From: Euglena gracilis | Taxonomy: Eukaryota | Length of the DNA: 64,000 bases | Direction: 5' to 3' | Assembly (NCBI GenBank): GCA_039621445.1 | Contig: CP154954.1 | Coordinates: forward strand, 38,239,703 to 38,303,702 | In this document: piece after piece, positions 32,801 through 41,092 of the stretch | How positions within the stretch are numbered: the stretch's first letter is position 1 | Layout of the letters: each line of letters begins with the position of its first letter | Program-made: the position numbers and the translations under genes | The notes under the pieces: generated by a model | Told to the model about the DNA's origin: nothing | Database searches by the model: none | Seen by the model: the letters and a program-made list of their open reading frames with translations, nothing else

Positions 32801-34873
32801 AGACAGCAGCACCCATGCGTGGGGGGGGCTGGACATCCACACTGGAAGTACTGTAAAGGAATTTTGGAGAGAAAAATCCATTTTACATATAAACGTCAAA
32901 GAATTGCATGCAGCAATCAACACGGTGAAAAGTTTAAGCAAACCAGGGGAAACCGTGTCTCTGTCAGTGGACAATCAGGTAATTTTCTATTACCTGACAA
33001 AAGGTGGGGGGAGAAAAGACCCCTTCAACAAAATGCTTCGACCCTTTTTCAAATGGTGCATGGAGCACAACATAAACCTTCAAGTCAATTGGGTTCCTTC
33101 AGACAAATGCCTGGCAAACCCCATCAGCAGATGGGAAATGGACAGGGGGGATTACTCCCTAGACCCACAACTTTTTCAATGGCTAAGGCAGTATTTCCAA
33201 AATTTCATTCAGTTGGAAACAGATTTATTTGCCTCCCCAGGCAACAAAAAACTGCCCAAATTTGTGGCCAGGTGGCCCCATTGGGAGGACACAGCAGTGG
33301 ATGCATTACAATGCCCACTGGACAACATGGGGGGACTTTATGCCAACCCCCCTTGGTCAATAATTCAAAAATTTCTCCCCAGACTGAAAGCATTTCCCCA
33401 CACCAAAGTTTTGATGGTCACCCCCTTTTGGGATTCAGCCACATGGTGGCCCCAATTAATAAAGATGAAAGTGCCAGGGACCCCCTGCCTGAAAATCACC
33501 CCCTACAGGGGCATGTTCAAAAACTGCAGGGGGGAGAAAATGCCACCCCCCAGATGGCCCCTTCTTTGCATGATTTGCTCAGGCAAATCCTGGAGGGGAA
33601 ACAAATACAAAATCAGACCATTGCAGATTTCCTGGGAAGGAACCCAAGTCTGAAACGGTATCAAAGTGCTTTCACACTGTTATGGGTAATTTTGCAAAAA
33701 AAAATGGGGGTACCCCCCCCTGAAGCCACAACCGACCAAGTGGCTGACGCTTTGGTACAATTATTTCAATTTTCCAAAGCCCAGGCACGTAATGCATACA
33801 GTGCTATGCTTTTGACTCCTGGGTTTGGTGGATTGAGATTCCACACCATGTTGGCACCTTACAAGAGGCTCTGGAACCAAAACCTGGAAAAATATGGTGC
33901 ATTTTGGGATCCCCTCCCAATTCTCCTGGGGCTGGCCCAAGCCCCATTTCCCTCTGATATATGTACATTGCGTACACAACTTATTTTTTGCTCACGAATC
34001 CTCTGTTTATACAGATCTTCAGATTTGGAGGGGATCAAACGTACAACCAGTGTGTTGGGCAAGGCGCCCTATATTAAAATTAGGCGTAAAGGCCAAAAAT
34101 TCCACAAATGGGAAAGAGTTGTGTCCATTCCACAATACCCCCAAATCAGCCCATTTCATTTGATGATGTCATATGTTGCAGCAACAAGGTCATTCGTCAG
34201 ACCCGGGGGGCCCCTTCTGATTTCACTAGAACCTCCTTTTAAGCCCATTAGTGCAGATACCATTGCTTCGATAACAAAAGAATTTTTGGCCAAGCATGGG
34301 GTGACCCCCCAGGTGTGGGGGGCACACTCCACCAGAGGGGCAGGAGTTGGTTTACTCAAAAAATTAAAAAAAGAAGTTTGTGCGATTGGCCAGTGGAGGG
34401 GGGTGGAGGCTTTTACAGCCCACTATCAACGACTTGGTGCCCAAGGTGCCCTGGAAAATGCCCTGGCCCCCCTAATTTCAGTGCACAATCTGGCCTCACA
34501 AGGGCAAAGTGCGGAGCCCGAGGTGTCTCGTACTCCCTCGAGAAAAACCGACCAGGGAGGAAGGGACACCGAGGGCGAAGCACAAAGACCTTGTGAGCCC
34601 CCCACCCGGAAAAGAAAATTTGCCTTCAAAAGCCCTCGGTCAGAGAGTGGGGGCCAGGGGGGGCAGAGGGAGGGGACCCCCCCAAGGGGAAAGAGAAAAC
34701 GCCACAGCCGTCACCAACTCCGGCGAGGCGGCACTAAGCAGGGACTCCTAACCCAACGCGCCACAATCCAAACAACACCCACCGCCGGCGGACAAGGCAT
34801 GGCCTCACAAGGTCTTTGTGCTTCGCCCTCGGTGTCCCTTCCTCCCTGGTCGGTTTTCCTCGAGGGAGTACGA
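29880..34873 (+). mobile_element. DIRS-type tyrosine-recombinase retrotransposon, family A, rearranged (5' end inverted)
   Basis: Overlapping RT/RH/MT and YR frames. Internal complementary region (ICR) at ~34492-34597 and right terminus at ~34782-34873, complementary to the ICR. The left terminus at ~30180-30283 is in the opposite orientation. Confidence 0.9.
30246..33653 (+). CDS. DIRS pol: RT, RNase H and Dam-like N6-adenine methyltransferase
   Basis: WRMISDCREIN, KIDLKDAYFH, YLDD, SDSSTHAWGG, HINVKEL, VDNQ, DLFASPGNKK and YANPPW. The last RNase H Asp appears as Asn (CLANPISR). The N-terminus of the ORF call is chimeric. Confidence 0.9.
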   Translation: MASQGQSAEPEVSFFALGVPAPVPFFLGSASLPAPTLYIYIFFKIPVDSQPEFGLLAGWTPKGGRALSGLENSLGATGKRFACRQKKSGFFKAKERSKQCPLFFGSLEKKLVLRREAAVAAAAGEPGDADKLWQAVVAPSPPLSEILRQLNPPSDHSHWQTVVRKSRKGTGPMAPGPPRPRAQPRQGHVPLQFKMPAGNSGQKARAHMGRWNQGQGGEHHRGHGGQYFKSTPTGRGHPKGLPKISFQKVFSTFPTKGQGQCPPRFQLGMEAKDTERCPRPKGGQDHSTRAGDPFKAGPWRPISAGPRRHSPGHGGHTPGPWRPFIFKPTGLIVHRPLGPEAKGQPHRGSLYKSAAPGGRGNPSFPQGGSGGRGRTPKSIYASSFQSEIVKGGTLRGPPMVWQPTTSTARRPVRQHRGSKPYGMEPNNKILQRECEERGRACMHIPPKSFNFTKCSIPGGSRGCPMSNNPNPAPPKSITGEDKCKREKMGRHPLHQRLQKSLKWWQKNAPPATCQLIKDVIQPPWVNPPPRLSTHPKTRANLDLNQAEKILLDYEKTGSVKRVGNSKTQHLIPWFLISKPEGGTIKWRMISDCREINQHFQVKPFRLDHIQNIFPVLQKGHWAAKIDLKDAYFHIPVNPALRPFLRHQVGEQTWEFQAGCFGLNVMPQIFMGVMKTFEKLWRKRGIQVFIYLDDILLVAPTQNILQSHLNTVTKDLLNSGFKIKVKKSTLQPAKIVNHLGFQLNFQEGKLQVPPQKVKTIKKELGKIVKKDYMSKRQLTAILGQIRCNLMALPFLRAFTDSLANFLATNSAAPWDSKHLISQDIKTQLQEIKILRDTWGGRPFPQGATRELHSDSSTHAWGGLDIHTGSTVKEFWREKSILHINVKELHAAINTVKSLSKPGETVSLSVDNQVIFYYLTKGGGRKDPFNKMLRPFFKWCMEHNINLQVNWVPSDKCLANPISRWEMDRGDYSLDPQLFQWLRQYFQNFIQLETDLFASPGNKKLPKFVARWPHWEDTAVDALQCPLDNMGGLYANPPWSIIQKFLPRLKAFPHTKVLMVTPFWDSATWWPQLIKMKVPGTPCLKITPYRGMFKNCRGEKMPPPRWPLLCMICSGKSWRGNKYKIRPLQISWEGTQV

Positions 34874-35098
34874 AAAGACCTTTTGAGCCCGCCCAGCTCA
34901 CCCATGCCTTCATTTCCCCCCTCACCACAGCGTCCTCCAGCACAGCCCCCAGCTTTGACTGGCCTTATCCCCCAAAATGTCGACAGTGGCTTAAAAAAAT
35001 GTGCTGGAAAATTTCCCTCGCGGAAAAACGACACTGGTGGACGGGGCACCGAGGGCGAAGCACAAAGATATTGTGAGCCCGACCGTACATCTCTCTAA
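31691..35098 (+). CDS. DIRS tyrosine recombinase frame (YR domain ~33570-34450)
   Basis: CLYRSSDL, HSTRGAG, GQW and AHY catalytic motifs. The frame overlaps pol by ~2 kb and reads through the ICR. Confidence 0.88.
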   Translation: MQTRKNGETPPASKTPKELKMVAEKCTPSNLSAHQGCHSTPLGKPPPQIVHPPKDQSQPGFESGRKNSSGLRKNWFSKKSGEFQNPAFNPLVFDIKTRRGDNKMENDQRLQGNKSTFPSKTLQTGSYPEHFSSFAKRPLGSQNRFKGCVFPHPSKPSPQALFKTPGGRTDLGIPGRLFWPKRNAPDFHGGYENIRKTLEKTGHPGVYIPGRHSTCCSHPKHFAKSSEHSDKRFIKLRVQNKGQKINPATSQNCKSSGLSTELSRRKIASAPPKSQDNKEGTGKNREKGLHVEKATNCHFGTNKVQSHGPALFKGFHRFSGQLSCYKFCSPLGLKAPHFSRHQNPITGNKNSAGHLGGQTLPPRCNQRVALRQQHPCVGGAGHPHWKYCKGILERKIHFTYKRQRIACSNQHGEKFKQTRGNRVSVSGQSGNFLLPDKRWGEKRPLQQNASTLFQMVHGAQHKPSSQLGSFRQMPGKPHQQMGNGQGGLLPRPTTFSMAKAVFPKFHSVGNRFICLPRQQKTAQICGQVAPLGGHSSGCITMPTGQHGGTLCQPPLVNNSKISPQTESISPHQSFDGHPLLGFSHMVAPINKDESARDPLPENHPLQGHVQKLQGGENATPQMAPSLHDLLRQILEGKQIQNQTIADFLGRNPSLKRYQSAFTLLWVILQKKMGVPPPEATTDQVADALVQLFQFSKAQARNAYSAMLLTPGFGGLRFHTMLAPYKRLWNQNLEKYGAFWDPLPILLGLAQAPFPSDICTLRTQLIFCSRILCLYRSSDLEGIKRTTSVLGKAPYIKIRRKGQKFHKWERVVSIPQYPQISPFHLMMSYVAATRSFVRPGGPLLISLEPPFKPISADTIASITKEFLAKHGVTPQVWGAHSTRGAGVGLLKKLKKEVCAIGQWRGVEAFTAHYQRLGAQGALENALAPLISVHNLASQGQSAEPEVSRTPSRKTDQGGRDTEGEAQRPCEPPTRKRKFAFKSPRSESGGQGGQREGTPPRGKRKRHSRHQLRRGGTKQGLLTQRATIQTTPTAGGQGMASQGLCASPSVSLPPWSVFLEGVRKDLLSPPSSPMPSFPPSPQRPPAQPPALTGLIPQNVDSGLKKCAGKFPSRKNDTGGRGTEGEAQRYCEPDRTSL

Positions 35099-35544
35099 GG
35101 TTTTGCGCACCCCCCCGGGGGGGGGGGCGGCTGCAGCCAGCCCCGATTTGGGCCCAGCCCAGCCGCAGCAGCACCCCCTCCGGGGGGGTGCTGCTAGCCC
35201 AGCTAGCCAGCCCCTTTTTGGGGGGTCCAGCCCAAAATTTTTCGGTGCAAAGCGCCGAAATTTTTTGAAAAACTGTGTGGAAAAGTGGCCAATAATGGGG
35301 TTTGGGGGGCGTTTGGGGCATTTTGGGGGGGTTTCAGATGCATCATTTTTTCAAAACTGTGTTTTGCAGGTCATTTTTGGGCATTTTTCCGATTTCAGTC
35401 CAGCTCGCCCTGGTTCGGGTCCAGCCGGGGGCCAGCCCCCCCACCCCCCCGGGGGGGGGCGGGCTAGCTAGCCCAAAATTCAAGCTAGCCCAAATTTCCA
35501 GCCCTATCCCAGCAACCCCCCCGGGGTCCTTAAAGAGATGTATG
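35084..35544. mobile_element. hAT-like MITE inserted in a DIRS end fragment
   Basis: CGTACATCTCTCTAAGG / CCTTAAAGAGATGTATG with 8-bp TSD AGCCCGAC. Confidence 0.85.
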
Positions 35545-36600
35545 AGCCCGACCCCCCCACCCATATAAGAAAATTTGTCTTCAAACCCCCTCGATCAGAA
35601 GATGGGGGCCAGGGGGGGAGCTGGGGGGGTCCAGCCCAGGCAAAGAAACAACGCCACGGTCGCCGCGTCGGAGACAATGCAGCCAACTCCGGCGAGGCGG
35701 CACTAAGCGGGACCTCCTAACCCAGCGCACCAAACAATCACAACAAACCGCCGGGCGAGTAAGGCATGGCCTCACAATGTCTTTGTGCTTCGCCCTCGGT
35801 GCCCCTTCCTCCCTTCTCGGTCTTCCTCGAGGGAGTATGAGCCCCTTTTCCCCAACAAAATCCAAACACCGCCGGCGAGCAAGGCATGGCCTCACAATGG
35901 CAAAGTGCGGAGCCCGAGGTGTCTGGCCTTTTTCCAGAAGTGGAAAGATGTGATCCAGCTTGGAAGATTTACGTGGAACTGCTGGTTTATTACCCGCAGT
36001 CGCTTATGAACCTCCACTGTGTTTCCCCCCTTCTGGTTTTGAAATTAGAAACCAGGGAATTAGATGTTAGGTTCCTGTGTCCTGAACCCTCTTTACGGAC
36101 CCAGATTTTTTGATCCAACAGGATTTTTTCTGCTTGGGTCAGGTTTAGATTTGCCCTGAATTTTGGGTGGGTGAGTGGCGCCGGCGAGCGAGGCATGACC
36201 TCACAAGGTCTTTGTGCTTCGCCCTCGGTGTCCCTTCCTCCCTTGTCGGTTTGCCTCGAGGGAGTACGAGTTACCCTTGCCGTCAGGAAGAGCACCTTTT
36301 TCAATAAATATTTCTTTCCAGCATTGACCAAACGCTGGGTGGGTCCTTTCTTTAGGATATTCTGTTATTCTTGAACTCTTCTCTTGGTCCGACTCCGTGT
36401 CTGAGATTCTGCTCCTGTCTTCTGGGTTGCGAAGGGCAATTCAGGAGTCAGCAAACTCCGGCGGCAAAAGGCACCAAGCGCGGACTCCCAACCCAGAACC
36501 CAGCACGCCAAAACAATCGCAACAAACCGCCGGCGAGCAAGGCATGGTCTCACAATGAAAAAGTGCGGAGCCCGAAGAGGTGTCTCTTCTTGGAGGGCTG
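35545..36600. mobile_element. Scrambled family-A DIRS termini and RT fragment
   Basis: Right-end copies at ~35750-35838 and ~36180-36270. Left-end copies at ~35866-35925 and ~36430-36586. Minus-strand RT piece at ~35995-36175 resembling 31845-32025. Confidence 0.8.
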
Positions 36601-36832
36601 GGTGGGCTCTCGGCCTGCTTCGGGGGCTTGGCACTTCGGAATCCGCACTTCCCCCCAAGTCACGTTGACTGTGCGCCCTCCTTGGAAGGGCTCTTCTTAA
36701 TTTTCGGACTCCCACGACAGAGGAAGGGGGAGGAAGGGACCAAGAGGGCGAAGCACAAGAAGATGGTGAGGTCCTGCTTTCCTTGCCGGCTGTTCTGTTC
36801 TGGTGTGTTTGTGCGTGCGCGGGGGGTGCTTC

Positions 36833-39800
36833 TTACTGCGCCTTTGTTGCCGGAGTTGGCGATGATGAGGCCTCCTCCGACACCTTGGCGAAGCTGAACC
36901 GCCGTGGCCCCGCCCCCCCCCTCTCCCATGGTCGCTTGGTGGGGGCCCCCCCCCCTGATGGGGATGGTGGTCTCTTTCTGTGTTTCTGGGTGGGTGGTTG
37001 GGGCTGCTTGGTTGGGGGTCCCTTTTCTGGTTGGGATGTTTTTCTTTTTCTGCTGGATTTTTGGGTGGGGGGGTTGGGCTCACCATCTTCTTGTGCTTCG
37101 CCCTCTTGGTCCCTTCCTCCCCCTTCCTCTGTCGTGGGAGTCCGAGACCATTCGGGCTCCGCACTGCGAGATGGTGAGGTACTGTGCACCCCTTTTTGGG
37201 CCATAATTGTTTGAATTTTTGAAACGACACCCAGCCTCAAATAATGAGCTTGGAAGGCCCCAAAATTTTTCCACTGACCCAGCTGCTGGACTTCTTCCAC
37301 TTGCAACCCAGCATTTTTCCACCATAAAACCCCAGCCCCTCTGGTGCTGTGGGGTTTCCAGTGGGTGGTGTCCACCCCCCCCTCTTGCAGAATTTCTTTG
37401 GTAAGGGAATTCACTCTTTCTGATGTCAAAGGTCGTTTACCATCCAAAGACCATAACAAATTATTCTTGTGCCCAACCATGTGGGCTGTCCTTTCCACAT
37501 ACTCTTTCAATAAATGCCATGGGCTTATGAGGGGGGTGTGTGGCAAATTCAAAACTTCCTCCCATCTTGGGAATTGCCACCCTTTTCTTTGCAATAAAAT
37601 GAAGATTTTTTCTCCCACGAAACTGATTTTTCGCTGTGTCCTGGCTAAATCAACCCCCCTGTGGAGGGCCAAAAGCCTCCAACAAATGATGAGTCTGTTT
37701 CTGAGCTCTTTCACAGAGAGTTCTGAGAGGGGTCTTGATTGTCTGATGATGTTGTTTAGAAAATCAGTGGGGTCCCAGAAATGGGCATACTTGCAGACAT
37801 TGGAATTCCATTTCCTTTTCAATGGAGACAAAAGAGGGGAAAACCTCAATGACCCAAACCCTGGGAGTAATAAAACTGCTGCATATGCATTTCGTGCAGT
37901 GTTGAGGCTGTGAACAGCCAAATCAAGGATGGCCTCGGCCATCTTGTGGACTGTGCAGTCCTGCAGGGGCACCCCTTTGTGCAACAATTGGCCCAACAAT
38001 GTCCTGAAGGCTGAATCATATCTCTTGACATTTCCCAGATTTTTTATGTAAGTGTCGATACTGGGCATCGAAACTTCCTGGGATTGTAATATTTGCCTGA
38101 CACAATCAAGCAGGCCAATTTCCACCTTGGGGGGGGCATCTCCTCCCCCCAGCAGTTGGTGAATAGACCCCATTGGGGGGGTACCAACAAAACTTTGCTG
38201 CCTGGCTTTCTGATTGCCATTAATTGGCGCCACCATGATGTTGAAGCCCAGTGGGGTACGATCAACAGACAAGTCAGGTCTGGGTTTAACATTAATCTCT
38301 GAACCCATTGGGGAATGATGCTCCAGGGGGGGTTTGCATAAACTGGGGGGAGGCCCCTCAAATCTGCCTTCAAGGCATCCACCAGCAAAGCCCCTTGGTG
38401 GGGGTATCGACAAACAAACTTGGGGAACTTTTTGTTGCTGGGTGTGCAAAACATGTCCACCTCTGGGGTGATGTCCTGTCTGAAAAATTTCAGGATTTGG
38501 TGAAAGATATGTAGGTTTAGGGTATAATCCCCTGGGTCCTTTTGCTCCCTGGTCAGGGAGTCTGCCAATTGCTCCTTTGTGGGAACCCAAACCACCTGCA
38601 AATTGATTTGCTTTTCTTGGCAATGATACAGCAGGGGTTTTAAAATGGAATTTAGGTAGGGCTTTTTGCCTCCCCATTTTGTTAGATAACTTACAGCCAC
38701 TTGGCTGTCCACATGAAGCATTATGGTTTGTTTTGGTTTTGCCAGACTTTTTACTGTCTCCACTGCTGACATCAATTCTTTTTGGTTGATGTGAAGGATG
38801 TGCAGGTCCCTCCAAAAATCCTGCACTTTTTGGCCTGAGTTTTTGTCCAGCCCCCCCCACTGCCAGGTGCTGCTGTCTGAAAACAGATCCTGAGAGGCCT
38901 GGGATTGAAAGGCTCTGCCCACACCTGGCTGCAAAAACGCTTTTAACTCCACAATTTGATCTTTGACCCCCTGGGGAATGGTTAGGGTGTGGTCCCAACC
39001 CCACTTTGTGTGCAAATCCACCATTTTGCAAAGTTGATCTGTCAGAATTCTGAGAAATGGCATGGAGACTAAATAGCTTCTGACCTGCCCCACAATAGAG
39101 CTGAGTTTTCTGCAGCTCATTTTTTGTGCTGTGAGCACTTTTCCCAGCTCCTTTCTTAAGGATTTTAGTTTTTCCTGTGGGATTTCCAGCTGGCCCTTTT
39201 TCAAATTGACCCACTGGCCCAAATGTTTTATTTCCTGTGTGGGTTCCAGACAGGATTTGGGGAGGTTTAATCTGAAACCTTCCAATAAAAGGTCCTGCTT
39301 TATTTCTGCCAAATGTTGGGCTGCAGTCTTTTTGCTGGGGGCTAACAGCAAAATGTCGTCTAGGTAGATGAAAACTACCTTTCCCTCCTTTCTCCACTTC
39401 CTTTCCCAGACTCTCATGAGAGTCATAAATTTTTGTGGCAGGCTGCTTATACCAAAACATGCAGCTTGAAACTGCCAAGTTTCCCCCCCCACTTGCATGC
39501 AGACATGTTTTTCCAGGCTGCTGTGCAGTTTTAGGTGAAAATAAGCATCTTTCAGATCTATTTTTCCACAGAACCATCCTTTTCTTAGGTATGGGAAAAT
39601 GTTTCCCATGTGTTCCAGTCTGAACTTCTGGGGGGTGAAATAGTGATTTAACTGTCGACAATCTGAAATCAGTCTTTCCTTGGTCTTTTCCCCTTCTTTT
39701 TTGGAAATTATGAAGTAAGGGACAAAATGTTTTGCCTCCTCTGGGGGGATTTGCCTGGTTGCCCCTGCACATTCGTATTCTCTCAGAATTTTTTGGGCAG

Positions 39801-41092
39801 TCATTACTTCCTGGGGAGTTTTGAAGGGAACTTTTAAGGACATTTGAGGGGGGAGGGGAAGATCTGCCATAACTCCCTCCCTTATCAGGTTTAATACCTC
39901 TCTGCTGGCTCCTGCTTTGACCCAATGGGGGATGCTGGCCTGCAGGGCTTTGTAAGGGGGTACTCCTGGGTGTAATGTGTCTGGGGACTCCACAGGCCCC
40001 ATCACTGGGGTCCTTCCCCTTGGTTGCCCCATCACTGGGGTCACCCCTGGTTGCCCCATCACTGGGGCTGTAGCTGGCCCTGCCATAGGGCTTTCCAAAG
40101 ACAGGCTTTCCCCCTGTTTGTGAATGATGGGGGAAGGTCTGTGCCTGAAATGAGGGGGTATATACAAGGCTGGGCTGATTATCTTCTGGGGGGGGCCTGT
40201 CTGAGCCAATCTTGGGCCTCCCCCCCAAGGGCTGATGTGGTGATTGCCTTGGCCACCATTTGCCTTCTGGCCTCCCCTGGCACTCAGGCCTGCTTGGCCA
40301 CCATTTGCCTTCTGGCCTCCCTTGGCTCTCAGGCTTGCTTGGCCTCCATTGGCCTTTTCTCTGGGACTGTCTCTTCTCTGTCCCTCTTGATTTCCCATGA
40401 AGGCCACCATGGCCTGTTCTTGGCATTGGCTTGCCACTCCTGGGGGGTTTGTGTCTGAAATTGCTGGGGGGAAAGTTGGACACACCTTTCCCCAATGGGC
40501 TCTTTCCAGGTTGGGGTACTGGCTGCCATAGCCTGTCCCCTGGGCCCACTGCCCTCTTGAATAATGGCTTCCATAGCCTTGAATTTGGACCCCAGGTCCT
40601 TTTTGTTGATGGCTGCCATAGCCCTGATAATTTGAATCCTTTGGATTTGTTGAAAGGCTGCCATAGCCTTTGTCCTGTCCCCTGGAAGGGGGTGGACATA
40701 GAAAAGGGGGGGGAGTCTGTTGGACCTGTGATGGTACTCCCCTTCTGTCTTCTCTTCCTGACCACAGTTGTCCATGGTCCATGGCCATTCTCATGTTGAG
40801 AGGGGGATTTGAAAATCTCAGAAGCCTTGGGGGGTGGGGGGGTTGCGATGGCCACGGACTGGCTAGTTGCTGCCGCCCCTCCAGCTTCTGCAGCTGCTGC
40901 TGTGACTCCACCTTCCCCAGCTTCAGCTGACTTCTTGAGAGTTCTTTGCAGTTCTTCTTGAGATTCAGAGTTTCTTTGAAATTCATTCTTCATGGAAATC
41001 CAGTTGTCGATATCTGTTGTGTTTCTTGTTCTTTTTTCTTGAATTTCTTCCAGTTCCAGTTGAATTCTTCCTTCAGGAAGTTGAAGTTCCAC
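36833..41092 (-). CDS. DIRS frame with C-terminal tyrosine recombinase (1419 aa)
   Basis: ALHRGVDL, HSTRGAG, GQW and AHY motifs. The frame spans the entire pol frame. Confidence 0.9.
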   Translation of the reverse strand: MELQLPEGRIQLELEEIQEKRTRNTTDIDNWISMKNEFQRNSESQEELQRTLKKSAEAGEGGVTAAAAEAGGAAATSQSVAIATPPPPKASEIFKSPSQHENGHGPWTTVVRKRRQKGSTITGPTDSPPFSMSTPFQGTGQRLWQPFNKSKGFKLSGLWQPSTKRTWGPNSRLWKPLFKRAVGPGDRLWQPVPQPGKSPLGKGVSNFPPSNFRHKPPRSGKPMPRTGHGGLHGKSRGTEKRQSQRKGQWRPSKPESQGRPEGKWWPSRPECQGRPEGKWWPRQSPHQPLGGRPKIGSDRPPPEDNQPSLVYTPSFQAQTFPHHSQTGGKPVFGKPYGRASYSPSDGATRGDPSDGATKGKDPSDGACGVPRHITPRSTPLQSPAGQHPPLGQSRSQQRGIKPDKGGSYGRSSPPPSNVLKSSLQNSPGSNDCPKNSERIRMCRGNQANPPRGGKTFCPLLHNFQKRRGKDQGKTDFRLSTVKSLFHPPEVQTGTHGKHFPIPKKRMVLWKNRSERCLFSPKTAQQPGKTCLHASGGGNLAVSSCMFWYKQPATKIYDSHESLGKEVEKGGKGSFHLPRRHFAVSPQQKDCSPTFGRNKAGPFIGRFQIKPPQILSGTHTGNKTFGPVGQFEKGPAGNPTGKTKILKKGAGKSAHSTKNELQKTQLYCGAGQKLFSLHAISQNSDRSTLQNGGFAHKVGLGPHPNHSPGGQRSNCGVKSVFAARCGQSLSIPGLSGSVFRQQHLAVGGAGQKLRPKSAGFLEGPAHPSHQPKRIDVSSGDSKKSGKTKTNHNASCGQPSGCKLSNKMGRQKALPKFHFKTPAVSLPRKANQFAGGLGSHKGAIGRLPDQGAKGPRGLYPKPTYLSPNPEIFQTGHHPRGGHVLHTQQQKVPQVCLSIPPPRGFAGGCLEGRFEGPPPSLCKPPLEHHSPMGSEINVKPRPDLSVDRTPLGFNIMVAPINGNQKARQQSFVGTPPMGSIHQLLGGGDAPPKVEIGLLDCVRQILQSQEVSMPSIDTYIKNLGNVKRYDSAFRTLLGQLLHKGVPLQDCTVHKMAEAILDLAVHSLNTARNAYAAVLLLPGFGSLRFSPLLSPLKRKWNSNVCKYAHFWDPTDFLNNIIRQSRPLSELSVKELRNRLIICWRLLALHRGVDLARTQRKISFVGEKIFILLQRKGWQFPRWEEVLNLPHTPLISPWHLLKEYVERTAHMVGHKNNLLWSLDGKRPLTSERVNSLTKEILQEGGVDTTHWKPHSTRGAGVLWWKNAGLQVEEVQQLGQWKNFGAFQAHYLRLGVVSKIQTIMAQKGVHSTSPSRSAEPEWSRTPTTEEGGGRDQEGEAQEDGEPNPPTQKSSRKRKTSQPEKGPPTKQPQPPTQKHRKRPPSPSGGGAPTKRPWERGGAGPRRFSFAKVSEEASSSPTPATKAQ
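38044..40986 (-). CDS. DIRS pol: RT, RNase H and N6-adenine methyltransferase
   Basis: RLISDCRQLN, KIDLKDAYFH, YLDD, SDSSTWQWGG, HINQKEL, VDSQ, LADSLTR, DMFCTPSNKK and YANPPW. Confidence 0.93.
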   Translation of the reverse strand: MNFKETLNLKKNCKELSRSQLKLGKVESQQQLQKLEGRQQLASPWPSQPPHPPRLLRFSNPPLNMRMAMDHGQLWSGREDRRGVPSQVQQTPPPFLCPPPSRGQDKGYGSLSTNPKDSNYQGYGSHQQKGPGVQIQGYGSHYSRGQWAQGTGYGSQYPNLERAHWGKVCPTFPPAISDTNPPGVASQCQEQAMVAFMGNQEGQRRDSPREKANGGQASLRAKGGQKANGGQAGLSARGGQKANGGQGNHHISPWGGGPRLAQTGPPQKIISPALYIPPHFRHRPSPIIHKQGESLSLESPMAGPATAPVMGQPGVTPVMGQPRGRTPVMGPVESPDTLHPGVPPYKALQASIPHWVKAGASREVLNLIREGVMADLPLPPQMSLKVPFKTPQEVMTAQKILREYECAGATRQIPPEEAKHFVPYFIISKKEGEKTKERLISDCRQLNHYFTPQKFRLEHMGNIFPYLRKGWFCGKIDLKDAYFHLKLHSSLEKHVCMQVGGETWQFQAACFGISSLPQKFMTLMRVWERKWRKEGKVVFIYLDDILLLAPSKKTAAQHLAEIKQDLLLEGFRLNLPKSCLEPTQEIKHLGQWVNLKKGQLEIPQEKLKSLRKELGKVLTAQKMSCRKLSSIVGQVRSYLVSMPFLRILTDQLCKMVDLHTKWGWDHTLTIPQGVKDQIVELKAFLQPGVGRAFQSQASQDLFSDSSTWQWGGLDKNSGQKVQDFWRDLHILHINQKELMSAVETVKSLAKPKQTIMLHVDSQVAVSYLTKWGGKKPYLNSILKPLLYHCQEKQINLQVVWVPTKEQLADSLTREQKDPGDYTLNLHIFHQILKFFRQDITPEVDMFCTPSNKKFPKFVCRYPHQGALLVDALKADLRGLPPVYANPPWSIIPQWVQRLMLNPDLTCLLIVPHWASTSWWRQLMAIRKPGSKVLLVPPQWGLFTNCWGEEMPPPRWKLACLIVSGKYYNPRKFRCPVSTLT

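Noticed and set aside
30246-35098. Two overlapping ORFs both exactly 1135 aa
   Set aside because: Coincidence: the first begins in a rearranged terminus and the second runs past the element end.
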